A stretch of DNA of 64,000 bases from Gemmatimonadota bacterium. Its GTDB lineage: Bacteria; Latescibacterota; UBA2968; UBA8231. Below are positions 10,886-20,594 of this stretch, piece by piece. The translations under genes and the position numbers were made by a program. The stretch is taken from the NCBI GenBank assembly GCA_038153405.1, contig JAYOYH010000009.1, forward strand, positions 28,725 through 92,724, written 5' to 3'. Position 1 is the stretch's first letter. Every line of letters starts with the position of its first letter. The notes under the pieces are model-generated. The model was not told the origin of the DNA. It worked only from the letters and a program-made list of their open reading frames with translations, and did not search any database.

Positions 10886-11224
10886 ATGACCGCGCTACAT
10901 GAGAAGAGCTTTGCAGAGGGCAGCACCGAGGCGCGCATAGTCGAAGTGCTCAAGACCTGCTATGACCCAGAGATCCCCGTGGATATTTACGAACTGGGCT
11001 TGATATATGACGTGCAAATCAACGAGGAAAACTTTGCGCAGGTCACCATGACGCTTACCTCGCCCGCCTGCCCCGTCGCCGGCACGCTGCCGCCCGAAGT
11101 GCAGCAGAAAATCAAGGACGATGTCGAGGGGCTAAGCGGTGTGTCGGTCGATATTGTTTGGGATCCGCCGTGGTCGGTCGACTTGATGTCTGAAGGCGCC
11201 AAACTGGAACTGGGTATGATGTAG
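10886..11224 (+). CDS. sufT: DUF59/SufT-type Fe-S assembly protein
   Basis: The CYDPEIPVDIYELGLIY ... MTLTSPACPVAG motif is typical of the DUF59 (PaaD/SufT) family. AGGAGGA RBS at 10871-10877 ahead of ATG 10886. Confidence 0.8.
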   Translation: MTALHEKSFAEGSTEARIVEVLKTCYDPEIPVDIYELGLIYDVQINEENFAQVTMTLTSPACPVAGTLPPEVQQKIKDDVEGLSGVSVDIVWDPPWSVDLMSEGAKLELGMM

Positions 11225-11233
11225 AGTGCGGCT

Positions 11234-11701
11234 ATGAAACTGAGTTCACAAGAGGAGTATGGACTGCGCTGCTTGCTCCACTTAGCGCGCCAGGAGTACG
11301 GCACGAGCCTGACGATTCCAGAAATTAGCCAGGCCGAAGGTATTTCGCATCACAACGTGGGCAAGCTGTTGCGGATTCTGCGTCAAAGTGGTTTTGTCGA
11401 GAGCGTGCGCGGCCAACACGGCGGCTATGCGCTGGCTCGCGCCCCGGAGCAGGTCGTCGTTGCAGACGTGTTAAACGCCCTGGGCGGCCGTCTCTTTGAT
11501 TCGAACTTTTGCGACCAGCACAGCGGTGCCGAGGAAAACTGCGCACACACGCTCAGCGCCTGCTCCGTGCGCGCGCTGTGGAGCCGTCTGCAGGATGCGG
11601 TCGACGGGGTTTTACAGCAGCTCACGCTGCGCGACTTGCTGCGCGAAGGATACCTGTTTAAAGACGCGGAAGATTCGCGCCTGTTGGACATCGTCCTCTA
11701 A
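11234..11701 (+). CDS. Rrf2-family transcriptional regulator (IscR/SufR-like)
   Basis: N-terminal wHTH (MKLSSQEEYGLRCLLHLAR ... ISQAEGISHHNVGKLLRILRQSGFVESVRGQHGGYALA) with a Cys cluster downstream (C..C......C). It is the last gene of the suf operon. Confidence 0.85.
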   Translation: MKLSSQEEYGLRCLLHLARQEYGTSLTIPEISQAEGISHHNVGKLLRILRQSGFVESVRGQHGGYALARAPEQVVVADVLNALGGRLFDSNFCDQHSGAEENCAHTLSACSVRALWSRLQDAVDGVLQQLTLRDLLREGYLFKDAEDSRLLDIVL

Positions 11702-11719
11702 GCGTCTACAGCTACCTGT

Positions 11720-12655
11720 TTAAGGCGACTCGATCGCGCGCTGTATGCGATCGAGTGCTTCCATCACCGGCAGGCATGCACTGCAACTGGTCAGCGCCTT
11801 ACGACCCTCTCTAATAGCGGCGAGAAACTCGCCGTCTTGCGCCTCGACCCCGCCGCTATCTACGATGGGTATTTCTCCCCTCTCGCAGTCGATAAGTTGG
11901 CCCTTTTCCACGATGAGCGTGGTTTCCTGACAAATGATGCGGTAATGGCTTTGGATTGGGCCGTGATGATTAAAGGAATGGGCTGAAGTCACGAGTGCTC
12001 CGCGCTGCGAGCGCATAGCGATCGACAGGTCCATGGGAATATCCAGTTCGGGATGCATGGGGCCGACTTGTCCCCACGTCTGTGCGGTCAGGTCGCCCAG
12101 CAGCCAGTGTGCCATATCTACCATGTGACAGGCCTGATGCCAAAGCAAATCGTCAACCCAAGTGCGCGGTTTGCCAAAGCGATTTTCGTTTTTCCTGCGA
12201 AAGAAGTAGGTTTGCTGCACGATGTGCAGCGGCGTTAGCTGGCCGGCATCAATGCGTTTTTTTAGTTCGCGAAATGCGCCGTTATAGCGCTGAGTGTGGC
12301 ACACCATGCACACTTTGCCGGTGCGCTGTTCTGCTGCTACTATGCGCTGCGATTCCTCTAGGGTGAGCCCCATGGGAATCTCGATCAGCACGTGTTTACC
12401 CGCCTCCATTGCCGCAATGGCCTGTGCACAATGCACCTGGTTGGGCGAGCAGAGAATCACGGCTTCGACGTCTTCTCGGTCTAAGCATTCGGAGAAATTT
12501 AGCGACCAGTGCGGAATGTTCCACGCGTTGGCAAATGCTTCTGCATCACCGGAAATACCTCCGGCTAGCGACGACACTTCTACATCGTCTAATGACTGCA
12601 GCGCCTGTAGATGAGTTAGTCCTTGAGCCCCTTCGCCAGCAACGCAAATTTTCAT
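11720..12655 (-). CDS. Gfo/Idh/MocA-family NAD(P)-dependent oxidoreductase
   Basis: N-terminal Rossmann motif MKICVAGEGAQG and an EIPMGLT (EKP-like) motif. 311 aa. Confidence 0.85.
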   Translation of the reverse strand: MKICVAGEGAQGLTHLQALQSLDDVEVSSLAGGISGDAEAFANAWNIPHWSLNFSECLDREDVEAVILCSPNQVHCAQAIAAMEAGKHVLIEIPMGLTLEESQRIVAAEQRTGKVCMVCHTQRYNGAFRELKKRIDAGQLTPLHIVQQTYFFRRKNENRFGKPRTWVDDLLWHQACHMVDMAHWLLGDLTAQTWGQVGPMHPELDIPMDLSIAMRSQRGALVTSAHSFNHHGPIQSHYRIICQETTLIVEKGQLIDCERGEIPIVDSGGVEAQDGEFLAAIREGRKALTSCSACLPVMEALDRIQRAIESP

Positions 12656-12854
12656 AGGTTATCTCCGCGATAATGATTCGATTGTAGTCGACGTGCGGCG
12701 CTAATATAACTCATAGCGCGAGAGCGATCTACAGAGTTGATAACGCAATAAATCAGCTTGCTCAATAAATGCATATTGGTTATTTTTTCACTCAGAATTG
12801 AGTTGTAAAACGATGAGCTTCGTAGTGTATCGTCACTCAAGGGAGGTAGTTTCC

Positions 12855-13073
12855 ATGGCGAAAGCGAAAGCTAAGAAGGCACCGGCCAAGAAAGCCGCTG
12901 CTAAGAAAGCTCCGGCCAAGAAAGCCGCTGCTAAGAAGGCACCGGCTAAGAAGAAGGCCGCTGCTAAGAAGGCACCGGCTAAGAAAGCCGCTGCTAAGAA
13001 GGCACCGGCTAAGAAAGCCGCTGCTAAGAAAGCTCCGGCTAAGAAGAAGGCCGCTGCTAAGAAGAAGAAGTAG
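12855..13073 (+). CDS. Histone H1-like Lys/Ala-repeat basic protein
   Basis: 72-aa product [23 protein letters not shown]... made almost entirely of AKKAPAKK(K)AA units. GGGAGG RBS at 12841-12846. A strong terminator follows directly. The listed ORF start at 12798 is an upstream extension. Confidence 0.7.
   Translation: MAKAKAKKAPAKKAAAKKAPAKKAAAKKAPAKKKAAAKKAPAKKAAAKKAPAKKAAAKKAPAKKKAAAKKKK
12894..13070 (+). repeat. Tandem 30/33-bp coding repeats (gccgctgctaagaa[ag]gc[at]ccggc[ct]aagaa[ag](aag))
   Basis: About six consecutive near-identical units visible in the DNA, inside the H1-like gene. Confidence 0.9.
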
Positions 13074-13097
13074 CGCTTTAATTAGCAAGTATCATGC

Positions 13098-13132
13098 AAA
13101 AAACGCCCGCTCGTATGAGCGGGCGTTTTTTA
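13098..13132. terminator. Bidirectional intrinsic terminator between the H1-like gene and nadE
   Basis: Sequence aaaaaACGCCCGCTCgtatGAGCGGGCGTttttt: a perfect 11-bp GC-rich stem with A and T tracts on either side. It overlaps the nadE stop. Confidence 0.85.
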
Positions 13133-15040
13133 TTGCCAGGTGTGCTGTGAGAGCTGCGCTATCAGATTGGGTAGCTGGCGTGGTGCGTATGCTGGGCGCT
13201 GCGTCTCGCGCAGGTCAAATCCAAAGGCGCGTTTGCTGAGCACGATAATAGGTGGAGCTTGAATGCGTTTGAAAAAGTTGATGCGCACTTGGCGCTCGAC
13301 CCACTGCAGATCATCTAACCACGCGCGCGCGTCCGGGAAGTAGCGCTTGAACTGCGCGCGGTCGTCCCATCCTAACCGCGCGAAAAATACGCCGTCCAAG
13401 TACCACTGTATAAAGTCACATGCCGAATAGCGATATTCGATGATTTGGCGCAGCAGGGCATCGTGGTATCCATACTTAATCGGATCGCCTAGGCCCTTGG
13501 TCACATCCTGTGCCGCAGAAAGCTCGGCGCTGGGGACGGTCTGTCCATTGATGATGTTGTCGGGCACAACTTCGCTTGCGTAAACGGATTCGTTTAGATA
13601 GCGCGCAAGAGCGAAGACCTGAACTTTGTAGAGGTCGGCGATGGGTGCGACCGCGCCGCTGACGTCTCCGTAGAGCGTAGCATAGCCCAGCGCCACTTCC
13701 GTCTTATTGCCGTTGTTGGTGAAGAGCATGCCGCACTTGGCCGCGAGGCCAGACAGGACATCGGCAAAGCGGATGCGCGCCTGGATATTTTCGTCTACCA
13801 AGCGCGTGTATTCGCCTGCGTGATGGGCGAATTCCGTGCCTTGGATAGTTGTGGATACGGCATCGTATAATGGGCCGATGGGACAGCTCAGATAGTCGAT
13901 GCCCAGCGCGGTGCAGACGTGGCGCGCATTGTCCTGCGTAATTTGCGAGTTGAAGCGCGTTGGCATATTGACCGCGCATACGCGCTGTGCACCAAAGGTG
14001 CGCTCGAGCAGGCAAAGGATTACGCTGGAGTCGATGCCCCCGCTAGCGGCGACGAGGAACTTGTTTTCCGCGCCGCGAATGTGATCCAGATGGCGTAGAC
14101 CGGTGCAGATTGCATGGAAGATAGCGTTTTCTTCGCTCTGCTGAGCGCGGGCAGCGACATGGTCCGTGCTATAGGCGATATCTTCCGTCCAAGGGCGCGT
14201 GCGCTGAGTTGCCGTGCCATCGCTAGCGTACCCCGTGCTATCTCCGTCAAAAACCAAAATATTTTTGCCGTTGTTTTGCGCGCCGACTTGGTTGACGTAA
14301 AAAAAAGGCAGCGGCGAAGACGACAAAATTGCGCGCACTACGCGGTTGCGCTTGTCGTTTTTTTGCCATGTCCACGGCGAGGCTGACAGGTTAAAGACGG
14401 CCTGTGCGCCGCGCTCTTTATAGACTTTTAATGTGTCGAGGACTTCGCCGCTGCGACAGTAGTCTTGGCACCACATATCCTCGCATAGCTGCACGCCAAA
14501 GTGGAACGTGCGCCCATCGCGCAGGGGCACTGAATAGGGGTAGATCCAATCAAAAGGTGAGCGCCCCTCGGCGTCGGCCAGCTGGCGCAGGGAAAAGAAA
14601 TGGCGGTCGTCGTCAAAGAAGCGATAGTTGGGGTGTAGCGTTTTGGGGTGGATGCCGTGTGGTAGGCCGGCGGGGACATCTGCGCGTTGCACATACTCGC
14701 CGTCGTGGCACACGTAAACGGCATTGTACTTGCGTTGTCGGCCGTCCTGGCCGATGTGACGAGGGGCTGTGGCGACGTTGCCAAAGACGACGGTCAGGCC
14801 GCTGCTGGCGGCGCAAATATCATCGCTGTACGAGGCAAAATCATCGACATAGGCGTCCATTTCCCAGAGGTCGCCGAGGATGTAACCGCTTATACATAGC
14901 TCGGAAAAGACGGCAATTTCGCCCCCATCGGCGCGCACGCGTACCAGCTGTTCGATCATATGGGCGACGTTGAGGTCGGGGCGGCCCGGCTTCACGTCCA
15001 TCTGCACTAGGGCGATTTTTGGCAGGTCGGTTTGCGACAT
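13130..15040 (-). CDS. nadE: Glutamine-dependent NAD+ synthetase (CN-hydrolase domain plus NAD synthetase domain)
   Basis: 636 aa with an N-terminal nitrilase-like domain (IALVQMDVKPGRP, FSELCISGY, CEDMW) and a C-terminal PP-loop ASGGIDSS. Confidence 0.92.
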   Translation of the reverse strand: MSQTDLPKIALVQMDVKPGRPDLNVAHMIEQLVRVRADGGEIAVFSELCISGYILGDLWEMDAYVDDFASYSDDICAASSGLTVVFGNVATAPRHIGQDGRQRKYNAVYVCHDGEYVQRADVPAGLPHGIHPKTLHPNYRFFDDDRHFFSLRQLADAEGRSPFDWIYPYSVPLRDGRTFHFGVQLCEDMWCQDYCRSGEVLDTLKVYKERGAQAVFNLSASPWTWQKNDKRNRVVRAILSSSPLPFFYVNQVGAQNNGKNILVFDGDSTGYASDGTATQRTRPWTEDIAYSTDHVAARAQQSEENAIFHAICTGLRHLDHIRGAENKFLVAASGGIDSSVILCLLERTFGAQRVCAVNMPTRFNSQITQDNARHVCTALGIDYLSCPIGPLYDAVSTTIQGTEFAHHAGEYTRLVDENIQARIRFADVLSGLAAKCGMLFTNNGNKTEVALGYATLYGDVSGAVAPIADLYKVQVFALARYLNESVYASEVVPDNIINGQTVPSAELSAAQDVTKGLGDPIKYGYHDALLRQIIEYRYSACDFIQWYLDGVFFARLGWDDRAQFKRYFPDARAWLDDLQWVERQVRINFFKRIQAPPIIVLSKRAFGFDLRETQRPAYAPRQLPNLIAQLSQHTWQ

Positions 15041-15043
15041 AGT

Positions 15044-16177
15044 TCAGGACGTAACGGCGGTTCCCACGCGCGCCTGATGGATGCATTCGCCGAGCAGGCG
15101 CACGCCTTGGCCAATGGATTCCAACGAGGCAAAGCCAAAGGCCAGTCGTAGATAGGGAATATCCTGGTGGCGAATGTGGAAATTGCTGCCGCGGGCGTAG
15201 ATAATGCCGCGCTCGTCGGCCAGTGCCTGCAGCTGGCCGACGTCGACGTCGTCGGGGAAGCGCACCCAAATAAACATGCCACCGGCCGGTCGGCTCCAGG
15301 AGCAGATAGCGCCGACGCTCTCCTCGAGGCCGGCGAATACGGCATCGCGCTTAATGCGCAGCAGGTCGTTGCAGTAGGCGACGTGCTGCCAGAGTCGGTC
15401 GCGGAAAAAAGCCGCGCAAATGGCAGCCGTAAGCGCGCTGTGACCGCCATCAAAGCGTCGTTTCAGCAGGCGCTTGAGCATGGTTGGTCGCGCCAACACG
15501 TAGCCCTCGCGCACGCCGGGGCCGAGAATTTTCGATAGCGAGCAGATGTAGATAATGCGCTCGCTGTCGTCTAACGCGTAAAGAGAAGGTGGCACTTCGC
15601 CTTCAAAGTGCACGTCGCCGTAGCAGTTGTCCTCGACGACGATACATCCGTAGTGGGCGGCAATCTCGAGCAACTTTTTGCGCCGCTCTAGCGGCATGAT
15701 GGAGCCGGTGGGATTCTGATAGGTCGTCAGCGTGTAGATAAAGGCCGGCGGCGTTTTCTTGGCGTGCAGATCGGCCATCGTTTCTGCCAGCGCGTCCATG
15801 CACATGCCGTGCTCATCGACGGGCACGCCGACCAGGGTGGCGCCGAGGCCCGCATAGGCGCCAATGGTGCCTGAATAAGTAAGTTCTTCGCAGACGATGA
15901 CATCGCCAGGGTGGCGCATGAGCGCTTCGGCGCACAGCGTCACCGCCTGCATTGACCCACTCATGAGGGCGATGTGGTTGGGATCGACCGAAACGCCCTC
16001 GCGCTTGGCCTCGCGTGCGGCCATCAACTCGCGCAGGTCGAGGCGGCCGTAGTCACCGGGATAGCGCACGAGTTCGGAGCCCATATCGAGCACGGCCTGG
16101 CGCGCGGCTTCGGCGAAGGCCTCTGTAGGAAAGGAAAGCGGATCGGTGCGGCCGCTGCCAAAATCAAATGCAGACAT
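15044..16177 (-). CDS. PLP-dependent aminotransferase, class I/II fold
   Basis: The YQNPTG motif, PLP-lysine motif SLSKILGPGVREGY and R..FG tail resemble 2-aminoadipate/aromatic aminotransferases. It ends 3 nt before the nadE start. Confidence 0.85.
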   Translation of the reverse strand: MSAFDFGSGRTDPLSFPTEAFAEAARQAVLDMGSELVRYPGDYGRLDLRELMAAREAKREGVSVDPNHIALMSGSMQAVTLCAEALMRHPGDVIVCEELTYSGTIGAYAGLGATLVGVPVDEHGMCMDALAETMADLHAKKTPPAFIYTLTTYQNPTGSIMPLERRKKLLEIAAHYGCIVVEDNCYGDVHFEGEVPPSLYALDDSERIIYICSLSKILGPGVREGYVLARPTMLKRLLKRRFDGGHSALTAAICAAFFRDRLWQHVAYCNDLLRIKRDAVFAGLEESVGAICSWSRPAGGMFIWVRFPDDVDVGQLQALADERGIIYARGSNFHIRHQDIPYLRLAFGFASLESIGQGVRLLGECIHQARVGTAVTS

Positions 16178-16240
16178 GGCGATTCTCCTCAGTTAGTCGG
16201 CGGGCTTGCGGGGACGGAAGTCGGTGCATACATGCGTGCT

Positions 16241-17011
16241 TTACGCGCGTTTCTTGAGGGGCAGCCAAGCCAGGACGTTGGCTATTTGCTCATCCCACTT
16301 GTCCCAAGTATGACCGCCCGGTCCCGTGCTATAGTCGATGTGGACACCGCGCTGCTTGGCTCGCTTGTAGAAGTTTTTGTTGTCTTGTATGAGGAAGTCC
16401 TCAGTGCCACACCACTGGTAGAGCATCGGCTGTCGCTTGCGCATGGCCAACTTGTCTATCAAGTGCATCAAATCGTTATCGCTGCCGGGCATGGTTTCCA
16501 ACGAGCCAAAGGTGTCCTCTAACTCTTTGCGCCATTCTGGCTCCATGCCGTCGGTGCTGTGCGCGCGGCTGGCCATATCCACGGCGCCCGAAAGACTCGC
16601 CGCTGCCGCAAAGCGTTCGGGATGGCTCAGCGCCATTTTAAACGCGCCGTAGCCGCCCATGGACAGGCCGGCGACAAAGGTGTCAGCGCGCCTGTCGGAG
16701 AGCGGAAAAAAGGCGTGCGCTAGACGCGGCAGCTCTTCGCTGACAAAATCCCAATAGCGCGCTCCGTGTGCCATATTGGTGTAGAAACTGCGGTTGACGG
16801 CGGGCATGACGACGGCTAAGCCAAGGGGATCGGCATAGCGCTCGATGGCGGTGCGCCGCTGCCAGATGGTATAGTCGTCGCTCAGTCCGTGCAGCAGGTA
16901 GAGCACGGGCAGCTTTTTGCCCCCTTCGACGGCCTCCTGCGGTAGGATGACGTTGGCACCTGTCGATATGCCGAGGGCTTGCGAGAAGAAATTCCAGTGG
17001 ATAAGGGCCAT
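16241..17011 (-). CDS. Alpha/beta-hydrolase esterase (esterase D / tributyrin esterase-like)
   Basis: The LPVLYLLHGLSDDYTIW motif, nucleophile elbow GLSMGGYGA and a GPGGHTW histidine region. Start trimmed to ATG 17011 (MALIHWNFF). Confidence 0.8.
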   Translation of the reverse strand: MALIHWNFFSQALGISTGANVILPQEAVEGGKKLPVLYLLHGLSDDYTIWQRRTAIERYADPLGLAVVMPAVNRSFYTNMAHGARYWDFVSEELPRLAHAFFPLSDRRADTFVAGLSMGGYGAFKMALSHPERFAAAASLSGAVDMASRAHSTDGMEPEWRKELEDTFGSLETMPGSDNDLMHLIDKLAMRKRQPMLYQWCGTEDFLIQDNKNFYKRAKQRGVHIDYSTGPGGHTWDKWDEQIANVLAWLPLKKRA

Positions 17012-17087
17012 ACACACCTTTCTGCACTCGCGTGCATGAGTGCGGAAAATAGATCGCCGGGCGCATTCAATGCGCCGCACGCCGTGC

Positions 17088-18413
17088 TTAGAGCTGCGCG
17101 CGCAGGTGCTCGACTATTTCGCTATCGGTCACCTCGGTGCTGCTTCCCTGTCGCAAGTCCTTGACCTGCCACGCACCGTGCTGGAGTTCGTCAGGACCGC
17201 CGATGATGGCGTAGCGAAAGCCCTTGCGGTCGGCGTATTTGAGCTGTTTGCCCATGCCTTTGGCCTCGGATGAGACCTCCGTGGCCAGGCCGGCGGCGCG
17301 CAGACGGCGCGACAGCGCGATGTATGCGCCTAGCGCATCGGGTGTAAACTGTACGATAAAAATCTGGGCAGGCGTGCTGGCGTCCGACAGCAGGTGCAGC
17401 TCTTCCATAGCGGCTAACAGGCGGTCGAGTCCAAGGGATGCACCGACGCCGGGCAGATGCTGTTTAGTATAGAGTTCGGCCAAGTTGTCATAGCGTCCGC
17501 CGCTGCAAATCGATCCGATGCCGGGCAGGTCGTCGAGCAGCGTTTCGTAGACGGTGCCCGTATAGTAATCGAGCCCGCGGGCAATGGAGACGTCTATGCA
17601 CAGGCGGCCTTCGGGGATGCCCGCCGCCGAAAAGGCATCGACCAACTGTCTTAGGTCGGCCACGCCCTGCATGGCCCGTTCGCTGGCAGCGAGCTGCTGG
17701 CCGAGCTGTTCGAGCCTCTCGCCGTTGCTGCCCTCGAGCTGCACGGCGTTTAGGATCTGCGCCGCCTGTTGGCTCGACAGCCCGACGGAAGCCATTTCTC
17801 CGGCGACCTTGTCCGCGCCGATTTTGGCGAGCTTGTCGAGGGCGCGCAGCACGGCGATCGCGTGCTCGCTCAAGCCTAGCGTCTCGAGTAGACCGCTGAG
17901 TATGTTGCGGTTGTTGACGTGGATTTGAAAGCGCTCAAAGCCCAGCGCCGTCAGCATATCGTGTATGACCAACGCCGTTTCGATATCCGAGGTATTTGAA
18001 TCGGTGCCGATCGTATCAAAGTCGCACTGGTAGAACTCGCGGTAGCGGCCCTGCTGCGTGTTTTCGCCGCGCCATACCGGTCCGACGTGGTAGCGCTTAA
18101 AGGGCAGGCCGAGCTGCTGGGCATGCTGGGCGGCAAAGCGCGCAAAAGGTACCGTCAGATCAAAGCGCAGCGCCACGTCGCGCCCGCCGTGGTCCGTAAA
18201 GCGATACATCTGCTTGTCGCTTTCCTCGCCTCCCTTGCCGATGAGAATTTCGCTGTACTCGAGCGCCGGCGTATCAATGGGGGCAAATCCGTACGAGCGA
18301 AAAACGGCTTTGGCCGCGTCAATCATCTGTTCGCGCGGCATGGCCAGAGCCGGTGGAAAGTCGCGGAACCCCTTTAGGGTGCGCGGTTGAATCAGGTTTT
18401 TTTTATCGGACAT
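17088..18413 (-). CDS. hisS: Histidine--tRNA ligase
   Basis: Class II aaRS motifs: PRTLKGFRDFPP, MYRFTDHGGRDVALRFDLTVPFAR, YHVGPVWRGENTQQGRYREFYQCDFD, GGGRYDNL. Confidence 0.96.
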   Translation of the reverse strand: MSDKKNLIQPRTLKGFRDFPPALAMPREQMIDAAKAVFRSYGFAPIDTPALEYSEILIGKGGEESDKQMYRFTDHGGRDVALRFDLTVPFARFAAQHAQQLGLPFKRYHVGPVWRGENTQQGRYREFYQCDFDTIGTDSNTSDIETALVIHDMLTALGFERFQIHVNNRNILSGLLETLGLSEHAIAVLRALDKLAKIGADKVAGEMASVGLSSQQAAQILNAVQLEGSNGERLEQLGQQLAASERAMQGVADLRQLVDAFSAAGIPEGRLCIDVSIARGLDYYTGTVYETLLDDLPGIGSICSGGRYDNLAELYTKQHLPGVGASLGLDRLLAAMEELHLLSDASTPAQIFIVQFTPDALGAYIALSRRLRAAGLATEVSSEAKGMGKQLKYADRKGFRYAIIGGPDELQHGAWQVKDLRQGSSTEVTDSEIVEHLRAQL

Positions 18414-18454
18414 AAAACGCAGCTCAGTTCGTTAATGTGCAGATGAATTGCTCG

Positions 18455-19591
18455 CTACCAATTCGTAAAGGAGCCGTCCTTGCGACGCAGCTGCGGTCCG
18501 TTCTGCCACTCGAAACCGTAGCTGGCACGGGCCACCTCCTCGTCGAACTCGAGGCCGAGACCGGGCGCCTGTGGTGGTAGGAGGTAGCCGGCCTCGTAGG
18601 GCACTTGTAGGGGAAAGAGGTCCTCCATTACCGGGTCGCCCACCAAGCCGGCTTCCTGGACGGCAAAGTTGTCGCAGGCCAGGTCCAGGTGCAGGCATGC
18701 GGCGGCTGAAACTGGGCCCAGCGGGTTGTGCGGAACGATTTTGATATAGTGTGTTTCACACCAGTTGGCGACCTTGCGCGCTTCGGTTAGACCGCCGACG
18801 ATGCACAAGTCGATGCGCGCGTAGTCGAGCAACTCCTCCTCGATCATCTGGCGGAATTCCCACTTGGTGGCATAGTGTTCGCCGACGGCTAGCGGCGTGG
18901 CGACGTGCTGGCGAACTTGTCGATAGGTCTGCGGGTTTTCGCAGCGCAGCGGATCTTCGAGAAAGAACGGGTCGTAGGGCTCCAACTCTCGTCCGAGTCG
19001 GATGGCGTCGGGTGGATCGAGGCGCGTGTGGTAGTCGATGACGATCTCGACATCGGGTCCCACTTCTTCGCGCACGGCAGCGAAATGGGCAACGCTGTCG
19101 CGCACGGCCACTCGCGGTTCGAGAATGCCGTCGCGGTCCATGACGGAGAGGCGCAGATAGTGCCATCCCTCGTCGACGCGCTGGCGTGCGGAGCGGGCCG
19201 AGTCGGCCGGCGTGCGGCCACCGATGCCCTTATAGCAGACGACCTTATCGCGCATGCGGCCGCCCAGCAGCATGTAGACGGGCTGGTTGAGTGCTTTGCC
19301 TTTGATGTCCCACAGCGCGATATCGATGGCCGATATCGCCGCGCTATTGATGCGTCCGCCGGGAAAGAAGTCGCCGCGAAACAGCAGCTGCCAGATCCAC
19401 TCTATGTTGAGCGGATCAAGGCCGATGATATGGCGCTTCATGTGCTCAATTGCGCCGAGGCCGGCCTGTTCTCTCCAGGTGATGCCAAATTCACCAAGGC
19501 CGTAGATGCCTTCGTCCGTTTCTACTTTGACAAAGGTGTAGTTGCGATGACCGTGGTAGACGGGATAGGTCTTGACGTCGGTGATTTTCAT
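18455..19591 (-). CDS. Enolase-superfamily dehydratase (mandelate racemase/muconate lactonizing family, D-galactonate/mannonate dehydratase-like)
   Basis: MKITDVKTYPV...FVKVETDEGIYGLGE N-terminus and an ALWDIKGKAL motif, followed by a barrel domain with acidic metal ligands. Start trimmed to the ATG 27 codons inside the listed TTG-initiated ORF, preceded by GGAAGGAG. Confidence 0.85.
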   Translation of the reverse strand: MKITDVKTYPVYHGHRNYTFVKVETDEGIYGLGEFGITWREQAGLGAIEHMKRHIIGLDPLNIEWIWQLLFRGDFFPGGRINSAAISAIDIALWDIKGKALNQPVYMLLGGRMRDKVVCYKGIGGRTPADSARSARQRVDEGWHYLRLSVMDRDGILEPRVAVRDSVAHFAAVREEVGPDVEIVIDYHTRLDPPDAIRLGRELEPYDPFFLEDPLRCENPQTYRQVRQHVATPLAVGEHYATKWEFRQMIEEELLDYARIDLCIVGGLTEARKVANWCETHYIKIVPHNPLGPVSAAACLHLDLACDNFAVQEAGLVGDPVMEDLFPLQVPYEAGYLLPPQAPGLGLEFDEEVARASYGFEWQNGPQLRRKDGSFTNW

Positions 19592-19640
19592 AGTGCGGCT
19601 CCTTCCTAGGAGGATAATATCAGGTCCAGCGCCCAAAAAT

Positions 19641-20486
19641 TCAAAAGCGGCGCGTCCACTCGCCGAGGGCAACGGCGATCAGGCCGAGCACCATGCCGGC
19701 TTTGAGCAGGCGACCGAGGTGGCCGCAAGCACGTTGCGCCGAATCGCGCTGGAGGCGGTAGACGACGTAGATGACGAGTAGATCTACGGCGGCGACGCAC
19801 ACCAGATAGGCGCTGCCGTAGATCTCGAGCACAAAGGGGAGCAGCGTAAGACCGATCAGCAAGGCATATATGAAGGTGGCCGCGTGGACTGCCGCGCGCG
19901 TGCCCCAGCGCAGCGGCAGCGTGCGATCGCCGCGCTGGCGGTCGCCGGCCATGTCCTCGATGTCCTTGATGATTTCGCGGCCCACGTGGAATAGCAGGGC
20001 GAATGCGGCGGGAATCCACGAGCGGCCGAGCGTGCCGCCGGCCATGGCACCGTAGGGGAAGGCGGAGGCGGACAGCAGTCCGACCAGTGCATTGCCCCAA
20101 AGCACGCTGGTCTTTAGGTAGGCGCTGTAGAGGACGAGGAGGGCCGTGATCGCCGCTGCTAGTAGGGCGTGATGCACACTGATAGATAGGGCAATGGCAA
20201 TGCCCGCAGCAGCGGCAACGGCAGCATAGGCGCCCGCCGTGCGCGGCGCGATGCGCTGGGAGGGGAGCGGTCGCTCGGGCCTATTGATGCGATCGATATC
20301 GATGTCCAGCAGGTCGTTAAACGCATTGCCCGCCGCGTTAATCAGCGCGGCCGAAAGCGCGGTAGCTACCAGCCGTACGGGGGGAATCGAACCGTCTGTG
20401 CACAGGGCACCAGCGGCGACGGATAGGGCCGTAATCAGGCCGTTTAGCGGCCGCGAAAGATCGATCAGGGCGATGAGTGTATGCAC
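19641..20486 (-). CDS. UbiA-superfamily prenyltransferase (DGGGP-synthase-like)
   Basis: 281 aa and polytopic. First Asp-rich motif NAFNDLLDIDIDRINRPERPLPS; second motif KDIEDMAGDRQRGDRTLPL. GTG start. Confidence 0.8.
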   Translation of the reverse strand: MHTLIALIDLSRPLNGLITALSVAAGALCTDGSIPPVRLVATALSAALINAAGNAFNDLLDIDIDRINRPERPLPSQRIAPRTAGAYAAVAAAAGIAIALSISVHHALLAAAITALLVLYSAYLKTSVLWGNALVGLLSASAFPYGAMAGGTLGRSWIPAAFALLFHVGREIIKDIEDMAGDRQRGDRTLPLRWGTRAAVHAATFIYALLIGLTLLPFVLEIYGSAYLVCVAAVDLLVIYVVYRLQRDSAQRACGHLGRLLKAGMVLGLIAVALGEWTRRF

Positions 20487-20594
20487 GAAATGCCGCCGAT
20501 AAAGTGCGAAAGTACGCGCCGATCACCGCGCGCGTTAAAAAAGGCGAAAAACAGACCTAAATGCTTGGAATAAAAGTATTTTTTCAAATTTTTC

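Noticed and set aside
12894-13070. Regular short repeats that could suggest a CRISPR-like array
   Set aside because: The units are contiguous with no spacers, lie in frame and encode AKKAPAKK peptide repeats, and no cas genes are present.
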